Origin: Deltaproteobacteria bacterium
GTDB lineage: Bacteria > Desulfobacterota > Desulfobacteria > Desulfobacterales > Desulfosarcinaceae
DNA length: 24,000 nucleotides
Direction of reading: 5' to 3'
Assembly: GCA_021824175.1 (NCBI GenBank)
Contig: JAKALP010000002.1
Location: 26,005-50,004 of the forward strand
Positions 8,715-14,829 of the stretch are shown piece after piece (the stretch's first letter is position 1; every line of letters starts with the position of its first letter). The position numbers were made by a program, and so were the translations under genes. The notes beneath the pieces are model-generated. The model was not told where the DNA came from. It worked only from the letters and a program-made list of their open reading frames with translations, and did not search any database.

Positions 8715-9080
8715 CGTGCGCTCCTCTCTGTACTTTTCGGGTTTAACCACATGGCCAGCGCGGTGAACAGCCTCATCCGTACGCTTATTGCTTACGACCT
8801 CCGCTCACCAAAATTTTACATCTGCGTGTTTTCTCTTTTCAAAAGATTGCCACAATTTTGACATTTCTAGTATTCTTAAGGCTGATCCATAAGAAACAAA
8901 AAAATAATTTCCTGATTTGCATTGGTGCCTGGAGTTGGCCATTTGTTAGCCCATAGCCGTCCCCGCTGTCAATATTTATATTATTTTCAGTTAATTAGGT
9001 AGCAGGGTTGGCCTCCTTTAAGCAGAGCGGCTGGCTTTCTGCTTTCCCCGGCCTGTTTTCGCCTCTAGGACCGCCCGATC

Positions 9081-9113
9081 AAAAAAAGAGCGGGTCTTTT
9101 CAAAGACCCGCTC
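9081..9113 (-). terminator. Rho-independent terminator of the mini-ORF unit
   Basis: Perfect 11-bp GC-rich stem (9088-9098 / 9103-9113) with a 4-nt loop. On the minus-strand RNA it is followed by a U7 run (9087-9081). Confidence 0.8.
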
Positions 9114-9189
9114 GTCCGATTTATCCGGCGGTTAGATTCCGATATAGACTATAACGCTCTGTCCAGGTTTCATGTGTAAACGCAGACCC

Positions 9190-9282
9190 CTAAAGGCTGC
9201 ATGCGGCTTTTTCTCCATTCCCCGCCAAGCAACTATTGGCGAAGTATCCCAGCAGAATCAGTGTCAGCATTAGACCGATCAT
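9190..9282 (-). CDS. Candidate 30-aa hydrophobic mini-protein
   Basis: MIGLMLTLILLGYFANSCLAGNGEKAACSL. AGGAGG lies 7 nt upstream of ATG 9282. The N-terminal half is hydrophobic (one TM helix or signal-like). It is below the 60-aa ORF-track cutoff and the terminator follows ~75 nt downstream. Confidence 0.4.
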   Translation of the reverse strand: MIGLMLTLILLGYFANSCLAGNGEKAACSL

Positions 9283-9299
9283 AACCTACCTCCTGTCTT

Positions 9300-9434
9300 T
9301 CATCCTTGAACATCGATGCCCAGGTCGCATCCCAAATTGGGATCGGGGGATTCACATTCGAAATTGGCTTCGCGGGTATCAATATGCCCGTCATTGGAGT
9401 CGTCAAAGTAGTTTTGAATACGATTGTCATTCAT
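9300..9434 (-). CDS. Candidate 44-aa acidic peptide with an EF-hand-like Ca-binding loop
   Basis: MNDNRIQNYFDDSNDGHIDTREANFECESPDPNLGCDLGIDVQG. AGGAGG lies 6 nt upstream of ATG 9434. DDSNDGHIDTRE fits the 12-residue EF-hand loop (D1,S3,D5,G6,I8,D9,E12). It competes with the overlapping 65-aa ORF 9233..9430 in another frame. Confidence 0.4.
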   Translation of the reverse strand: MNDNRIQNYFDDSNDGHIDTREANFECESPDPNLGCDLGIDVQG

Positions 9435-9630
9435 GGGTCACCTCCTGTGTGGTTTCATTTAGACAAATGGTAAGGCAATTCGAAAACCGCGCAACGATAA
9501 CAGGTTGAGGGCGGGATGGGAGGTGAATTCTACCATCGCGTCATTAGGCCCAAGACCAAAGGGGCCGTCCCAACGTCTCCGGTCTTAATTTAAGTCAAGG
9601 AGTTCTGGTTCCTGACGGGATTATATCGAA

Positions 9631-9690
9631 TTACAAGCTATCTCAAAAAAATGATTTTGGGCCAAAAGATTATTTTGAGATTGCTTGTAG
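9631..9690. repeat. Hairpin repeat, TTACAAGCYATCTCAAAA family, copy 1
   Basis: TTACAAGCTATCTCAAAAAAATGATTTTGGGCCAAAAGATTATTTTGAGATTGCTTGTAG. The 17-nt arms are complementary with 1 mismatch. The sequence closely matches the reverse complement of 17514-17573. Confidence 0.85.
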
Positions 9691-9702
9691 AGAACTACAA
9701 CC

Positions 9703-10690
9703 ATGGACATAGAGGCACCCATGAATCCTCATGATACCACAAGCGGCAAGCCCCCCAAACGGCTCAACTGCTGAGAAGTAATGGCCTGCGGCCGGGAACG
9801 GGGCGGAGAAAACGCGGCTGAATACGGTGTTTGCCCCGCGGCCGCCGATCAATCCTTTGACGGCATCAATTCCGGCAAGTTCGGGGGCCGGATCTGCAGG
9901 GCCGTGGCCGGCACGCTCTGCGGCGGCTGCGTGCAAGGATCGTTCGCCGAAAAGCGTCCCTCCTGTCTCAGCTGCAATTTCTATCAGATGGCCCAGGAGC
10001 AGGAGCGCCTGCCTGGCCGCAAAGCCAAGGTCCTGCAATCATATTGTCAAAGTCTTCGATTTCGAAGAGCGCTATCGCACTTTGTTCATCATCATGGAGT
10101 ATTTGCGCGGCGACTCCCTCAAGGAGATGATCGCCCACCTGCAAATGATGCCGCCATCCCTGGCCGCCCATTATTTACTTCAGATTTGCGATGCCCTGGC
10201 CTACGCCCATGAACGCGGCATTATCCATCGCGACATCAATCCGTCCAACATCATTGTGCAGCCCAATGATCAAATTAAAATCCTGGATTTCGGTTTGGCC
10301 TGCCCGGCCGGCACCGAAGATTTCTCCAACCCCGGCCATGCGCTCTACGTCGCGCCGGAGCAGATCGAGGGCGAGCCCGTGGACGCGCGCACCGATATCT
10401 ACGCCGTGGGCATCACGGCCTTCCAACTGCCCGGTCACTACTCGCAAAGCGTGTTGGATCAATATGTGGGTTGCGGCCATTGTCAACCGGAAAGCGGCCG
10501 GTTCCGTCTTGAGCCCGGCGACTTGCTGCCGTTATGTTCCGACGGGCTTCACAAGCAATTGGTCGAAGAGAAGTTGCGCGCCATCTTGAACACCCGGAAC
10601 GATCTGAAAACCATCGCGCAAAACCTGGTGGCCGCTGCTCTGGCGGCCGGCGGCGCGGACAATATCTCGTTGATCATGGCCATGCCATAG
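9703..10690 (+). pseudogene. Mosaic/decayed signalling gene: two-CW domain + Ser/Thr kinase subdomains IV-IX + PP2C C-terminus
   Basis: Frame 1 from ATG 9703 reads ...KRLNC-TGA(9772-9774)-EVMACGRERGGENAAEYGVCPAAADQSFDGINSGKFGGRICRAVAGTLCGGCVQGSFAEKRPSCLSCNFYQ, which is the two-CW pattern with W1 changed to stop and W2 to Arg (AGG 9898-9900). Homology jumps to frame 2 near 10035: HIVKVFDFEERYRTLFIIMEYLRGDSL..HRDINPSNI..DFGLA..YVAPEQ..DIYAVGI. This kinase part has no Gly-loop, VAIK or helix-C Glu, and the catalytic-loop Lys is Asn. From ~10435 it continues as the last ~85 aa of a PP2C phosphatase (GDLLPLCSDGL...GGADNISLIMAMP). Confidence 0.6.
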
Positions 10691-10746
10691 AAATGAAGGA
10701 TGCGGCTGCGGGGCATCCGTCCGGAGCAATCCACCGAAGAAATTCA

Positions 10747-11280
10747 TTACCAGAATTCAGGATAACGCCGATTGGGAGCCAGGTTGTTGACCAGCAGCGC
10801 CACGATGAGCAAAACCAGGGCCCCCAGGCCGGCGGGCATCAGAGCGTAGAGATAACCCAGGCGGTGCACGCTTTCGCCGCCGATCACGGCGATCAGGGCC
10901 GTGGCCCCGCCGGGCGGATGCAAGGTCTTGGTCAGGTGCATGCAGGCAATGGCCGTGGCCACGGCAACGGCCGCGGCCAGCCAGGGCATTGCACTCAGGA
11001 ATTGAAAGGCCGCCACGCCGATGAGGCCTGAAACCATGTGACCGCCGATGAGGTTGCGCGGCTGGGCCAGGGGGCTGCGAATGGCGCCGTAGACCAGCAC
11101 GGCCGAAGCGCCGAAGGAGCCGATGATCATCATCAGACCGGTTTGGTCCAGCAGTCTATAGTGGATCAGGCCCACGGCGGCGATGCCCAAAAAGCCGCCG
11201 ATCCAGGACCAGACAATTTCCATCGTGCCGACGCGGGGCGGGCTCTGGGTGTGGCCCTTCATTTTCGCGAAATAGTTCAT
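10747..11280 (-). CDS. HPP-family integral membrane protein
   Basis: TLHPPGGATALIAV signature and several TM helices. I prefer ATG 11280 (AAGGAG 6 nt upstream, 177 aa) over the 235-aa ORF, which runs through a structured spacer into the upstream gene. Confidence 0.85.
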   Translation of the reverse strand: MNYFAKMKGHTQSPPRVGTMEIVWSWIGGFLGIAAVGLIHYRLLDQTGLMMIIGSFGASAVLVYGAIRSPLAQPRNLIGGHMVSGLIGVAAFQFLSAMPWLAAAVAVATAIACMHLTKTLHPPGGATALIAVIGGESVHRLGYLYALMPAGLGALVLLIVALLVNNLAPNRRYPEFW

Positions 11281-11291
11281 GTGTGCTCCTT

Positions 11292-11436
11292 GGTGTCCAT
11301 TCAGAAACGGCATCTTGCGGCTCATATTGGCGTTGTCGCGTTTTTGAGATCCTCGACGTAGTCTGTCTACGCATGCGGTCTCAAAAACGCTCCTGCCTTG
11401 ATCTGAGCCGCAACCTACCATTTCTGAATGGACACC
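11292..11436 (-). other. Structured intercistronic spacer (nested inverted repeats) between the CBS and HPP genes
   Basis: Perfect 16-bp inverted repeat GGTGTCCATTCAGAAA (11292-11307) / TTTCTGAATGGACACC (11421-11436). It encloses a second hairpin GCGTTTTTGAGAT (11338-11350) / GTCTCAAAAACGC (11378-11390) with an inner CGTAG/CTACG stem. The outer arms abut the CBS stop codon and the HPP SD. Confidence 0.6.
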
Positions 11437-11438
11437 TA

Positions 11439-12044
11439 TTACCCCAGCAAGCAAAATGAGTTCACCAGATCAGATCGCGTCACGATGCCGATGGGTTTGC
11501 CGGCACCATCCACGATGGGCAGGCGATTGATATTTTTCTCCATCAGCAGTGAAGAGATGGCGCCCATGGCCATGCCGGAGGAAGCGGTAATGGGCGGGGC
11601 GCTCATGATGTCGGCCGTCGTGCGGTTGATCATGGGGGTGGCCAGGCAGCCCTTGTTCTTCAGGCAAAGGGCGATCACCTGCATGAACGACCCGCTTGGG
11701 CCGGCGCTCATTTTGCGCAGGAAATCTTTTTCGGAAAGCACGCCGATCACCCGGCCGTGGCGATCGATCACCGGCGCGCCGGAAATGCCTTTTTCAGCCA
11801 GCAGGGTGGCGGCGCTGATCAAGTCCGCGTCGGCGGCGATGGTGTAAACGGGCGCGCTCATGATGTCGGCGGCCTTGAGCGCGTTCATCATGCGCTCTTT
11901 GGCCAGGGCGTAGGCTGCCCGGTAGACCTCGCGGAAGTCGGCCGGCGTGATGTCGATATAGCCTTGCATGGCTTTCATGGCGGCCATAACATCCTGGTCG
12001 GAGATATCGATGGTGGCGCATTCTGGATGATGACTTGGGTTCAC
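11439..12044 (-). CDS. CBS-pair domain protein
   Basis: Two CBS motifs: DIMSAPVYTIAADADLISAATLLAEKGISGAPVIDRHGRVIGVLSEKDF and DIMSAPPITASSGMAMGAISSLLMEKNINRLPIVDGAGKPIGIVTRSDL. GTG start with AAGGAG 6 nt upstream. Confidence 0.85.
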   Translation of the reverse strand: MNPSHHPECATIDISDQDVMAAMKAMQGYIDITPADFREVYRAAYALAKERMMNALKAADIMSAPVYTIAADADLISAATLLAEKGISGAPVIDRHGRVIGVLSEKDFLRKMSAGPSGSFMQVIALCLKNKGCLATPMINRTTADIMSAPPITASSGMAMGAISSLLMEKNINRLPIVDGAGKPIGIVTRSDLVNSFCLLG

Positions 12045-12131
12045 GGTTTACTCCTTTCAAGACAATTACTTCTTCCACCGGGGGGGCAATCACCGCGCTG
12101 CAATGCTTCCAATTCTTTGGACCTCAAAAAG

Positions 12132-13166
12132 CTACGGCCTGGCCCGCCCAAAATCCATTGAAGGATGGCCATTGTCCGGCGCATCGATAAAGACCAGGCG
12201 CGCCCGGAACTCCATGTCCGAGACACCGCTGCGCCAGTGGCCGGTCAGAGCGGCGAGATAGATGGCCAGGACAAAAAAGAGTCCGATAAAAATGGCAACC
12301 CTGGGCAAGGTCCAGAACCGCGCTGGCAGGCCGGGGCTGGTCAGTGTCAAAGTCTCGTCCACCGGGCAGGCCGCCACACAGTCCATGCAGCCCAGGCATT
12401 CGGGGCTGACAATGGTTTTCTTTTGCGAAACCGGTAAGTGGGCCGGGCAGGCCCGGTCGCAACCGCCGCAGGCGATGCAGCGCGCCTGATCGCGGCGGAT
12501 ACGGGTGGGGCCGATCATGGCCCATAAGCCCAGCAGGGCGCCGTAGGGGCAAAGATAACGGCACCAGAAGTTTTTGATGAAGAACGATCCAATCAACAAG
12601 CCGGCCAGCACCATCGCGGTCAAAGCGCTCATGCGGGTGAAGAAGTGCAGCATTTTGACATCGGAGAGTTTGTAGTAGGGGCTGTGCATGAACTCCGCGA
12701 TTTGCGCCGCGCTCATGCTGGCAATCACCCAGAAGAAAAAACCGAGCAGAAAATATTTAACCGCCCGCAAGGCAATGTCCAGCCATGCGGGCAATCGCAG
12801 GTTGCGGCCCAGCCACTGCCGTCCCATTGTCCAGCACCACTCCGAAATGGCGCCCACCGGGCAAAACCAGCCGCAAAAGCTCTTGCGCAACAGCAGCGAC
12901 AACGCCACGGCCCAGCCCAGGATCACCATGGCCGCCGGATGAATCGCATCCCAGCGGCCGGTAAGCAAAAACTGTTTCCATCCCATCAGCGCGCCGATAG
13001 GTAGAAAGCCCTCCACCCCGGCCGGCCGTTCGATGGTGATCTCACCGCCTCCGGCCGCCTGGCGGACATAAAAATAGAACTGCAACCCGATGGCCAGGGT
13101 GATCAGCAGCACCACTAGTTGAAACAGGTGTCTCGGTTGCTTAAAATATGCGGCTATGTTACCCAT
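12132..13166 (-). CDS. Membrane-bound polyferredoxin (NapH/MauN/YccM-type 4Fe-4S protein)
   Basis: FCGWFCPVGAISEW and FWCRYLCPYGALLG membrane-proximal Cys motifs, two ferredoxin motifs CIACGGCDRACP and CLGCMDCVAACP, and several TM helices. The start is uncertain. ATG 13250 lies inside a repeat arm, so I prefer ATG 13166 (alternative 13229). Confidence 0.8.
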   Translation of the reverse strand: MGNIAAYFKQPRHLFQLVVLLITLAIGLQFYFYVRQAAGGGEITIERPAGVEGFLPIGALMGWKQFLLTGRWDAIHPAAMVILGWAVALSLLLRKSFCGWFCPVGAISEWCWTMGRQWLGRNLRLPAWLDIALRAVKYFLLGFFFWVIASMSAAQIAEFMHSPYYKLSDVKMLHFFTRMSALTAMVLAGLLIGSFFIKNFWCRYLCPYGALLGLWAMIGPTRIRRDQARCIACGGCDRACPAHLPVSQKKTIVSPECLGCMDCVAACPVDETLTLTSPGLPARFWTLPRVAIFIGLFFVLAIYLAALTGHWRSGVSDMEFRARLVFIDAPDNGHPSMDFGRARP

Positions 13167-13239
13167 GGTTCGTTTCCGCGCGATTTTGTACTTACCCACA
13201 TTGCCCGACAAGGATGCCTGGCTTCCCATTCGCGAGTTT

Positions 13240-13323
13240 TTACAAGCCATCTCAAAAAGGGATTCTGGTACAAATTTGCTTCCAATAAAGAGTTTGGACC
13301 AAACTTTTTAAGATGGCTCATAG
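13240..13323. repeat. Hairpin repeat, TTACAAGCYATCTCAAAA family, copy 3 (expanded loop)
   Basis: TTACAAGCCATCTCAAAAAG...CTTTTTAAGATGGCTCATAG. The stem 13246-13259 / 13304-13317 has 1 mismatch. The left arm is identical to copies 1 and 2 except for one C/T position. Confidence 0.7.
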
Positions 13324-13360
13324 CGTTCGTTATCCATACATCGCGGCGCTCAAAGCGTAC

Positions 13361-13374
13361 TTGACCTAAGTCAA
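13361..13374. promoter_or_regulatory. CRP/FNR-family-type palindrome TTGAC-N4-GTCAA
   Basis: TTGACCTAAGTCAA is a perfect 5+5 palindrome that retains the TTGA-N6-TCAA core of FNR/FixK-type boxes. It lies ~110-195 bp upstream of the polyferredoxin-CBS-HPP operon start candidates. Confidence 0.35.
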
Positions 13375-13463
13375 TGAATTTGGCCTCGGCCCTCTGTTAT
13401 TTGAAAGATAATTTTGGTGTTAGGCTAAGTACACACGGTAGTAATTACGACGGCCTATTGTTT

Positions 13464-13697
13464 CACCACAGACACAAGGCACAAAGGCACAAAGGGACTA
13501 AGGGACTAAGGGACTGAGGCACAAGGCACAAAGTTGCCAAGGGGCAGAGTTGCGAAGATACTAAGGCCCAGAAACGCACAGGTAATGTAATTTACTCTTT
13601 TTAGCCCACTGGTGGCCGAGGTTCTGGTTTCGATGATTTTTTTAATTGCAACATGCCATGAAAAACCGCTTCTATTTTGTCCCTTTGTGCCTTACGG
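13464..13697. repeat. 8-nt word-array element A (long array + core + short inverted array)
   Basis: 13464-13582 parses into 15 consecutive words: CACCACAG ACACAAGG CACAAAGG CACAAAGG GACTAAGG GACTAAGG GACTGAGG CACAAGG CACAAAGT TGCCAAGG GGCAGAGT TGCGAAGA TACTAAGG CCCAGAAA CGCACAGG. The core is 13583-13673. The inverted words ATTTTGTC CCTTTGTG CCTTACGG lie at 13674-13697. The reverse complement is collinear with element C. Confidence 0.8.
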
Positions 13698-13788
13698 TTA
13701 CGAATAAGCTGACCAGCGATACGTCACCGAATTTATGCCATAGAGCACTAAGCCCTCTGGCGGGTTGATCTAAGAAAGAGAGGATCCC

Positions 13789-14502
13789 ATGCGTATTCAT
13801 TACCTGCAACATGTCCCTTTTGAGGGTCTTGGTTATATCGCCACCTGGGCCAAACACCTGGGCCATACCCTTTCGGCCACGGCCCTTTATGCCGACGCAT
13901 CGCCGCCCACGTCCGATGCTTTTGATCTGCTGGTGATCATGGGAGGCCCCATGGGCGTCTACGACACCGATCAATTTGCCTGGCTGACCCAGGAGAAACG
14001 CTTCCTGGAAAAAGTGCTTCGGCAAAACAAACCGGTCCTGGGCATCTGCCTGGGGGCTCAGCTCATGGCCGATGTCTTGGGAGCCAAGGTCTTCAAAAAC
14101 CAGCACAAGGAGATCGGCTGGCATCCGGTGAACCGGGCCGCGGCCGCCAGCCACACCGGCTGGGAAAAGATCTTTCCCGAGCGATTCGATGCCTTTCATT
14201 GGCATGGGGATACCGTTGATCTGCCCTCCGGCGCTTTACATCTGGCCCAAAGCGAGGCCTGCCGCCATCAAGCCTTTTACTACCCGCCAGCCGCGATCGG
14301 CCTGCAGTTCCACTTGGAGTCCACCCAGGAGAGCATCGACCAGCTGATGGAGCATTGCGGCCACGAGCTGGTGCCAGGACCTTATATCCAAAGCCGGCAG
14401 CAAATTCATGGCAGGAAGAAGTTGATTGCATCTTCCAACGAGCACATGGAAATTGTTTTGAACTATCTCCTGCGAGCTATATCCGCAACAACGGCACAAT
14501 AG
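13789..14502 (+). CDS. Class-I (type 1) glutamine amidotransferase-like protein
   Basis: 237 aa with LLVIMGGPMGVYD, GICLGAQLMA (nucleophile Cys) and FHWHGD (His) motifs. GAGAGGA SD present. Confidence 0.85.
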   Translation: MRIHYLQHVPFEGLGYIATWAKHLGHTLSATALYADASPPTSDAFDLLVIMGGPMGVYDTDQFAWLTQEKRFLEKVLRQNKPVLGICLGAQLMADVLGAKVFKNQHKEIGWHPVNRAAAASHTGWEKIFPERFDAFHWHGDTVDLPSGALHLAQSEACRHQAFYYPPAAIGLQFHLESTQESIDQLMEHCGHELVPGPYIQSRQQIHGRKKLIASSNEHMEIVLNYLLRAISATTAQ

Positions 14503-14704
14503 TTCAAACCAACTGTTTTGAGCTGACTCTTAATAAAGTAAAATTAGATACAGTAATTCTATTTGTTGATTATTTTAATTACTACTTTTTCCCACTTGAA
14601 AAATAATTAGATAAAGGATAATGAATAGTCGCGGAATCGATGGGGGTGTCCTCTAACTCCTGCATCCACAGCATCCTGGTTAAAATCCAAACAAGCCCAC
14701 CCAC

Positions 14705-14727
14705 ACCTGCCTTTTTGCAGGTTTTTC
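14705..14727 (+). terminator. Small hairpin + T-run
   Basis: ACCTGC-CTTTTT-GCAGGT followed by TTTTT. It lies 200 nt after the amidotransferase stop. A second hairpin GAGGCGG...CCGCCTC follows at 14737-14760. Confidence 0.45.
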
Positions 14728-14829
14728 TACACACTTGAGGCGGTCCCTTGCGGCCGCCTCGTCCTTTTCAGGGGGCAGGCGTCAGAAGTCAGATTCCAGA
14801 AGTGGTGCTCCGGGCATTTTTTATTCTGG

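Noticed and set aside
9233-9430. 65-aa minus-strand ORF from the track (MTIVFKTTLTTP...)
   Set aside because: It is not fully excluded. However, its ATG is 10 nt from the SD, versus 6 nt for the alternative ATG 9434. It also reads straight through a second perfect SD+ATG (9282), which is better explained by the two-mini-ORF model. Conservation analysis is needed to decide.
9772-9850. Selenocysteine reading of the in-frame TGA in the two-CW domain
   Set aside because: I could not find a convincing bSECIS-type hairpin at the expected ~11 nt spacing downstream. There is only a long-range GC-rich pairing (GCGGCCG...CGGCCGC) with a ~28-nt loop. The second Trp is also lost and the gene is frame-disrupted further on, so pseudogenisation is more parsimonious.
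10747-11454. 235-aa version of the HPP ORF
   Set aside because: The extra 58 N-terminal codons run through the nested inverted repeats and overlap the CBS gene end. They would start at TTG without an SD, whereas ATG 11280 has AAGGAG at 6 nt and gives a typical HPP-protein length.
13590-13630. tRNA-like 3' fragment (TCGAAACC...CTCGGCCACCA on the minus strand)
   Set aside because: The putative T-stem halves are not complementary, there is no acceptor partner, and the segment is not conserved in the homologous core of element C.
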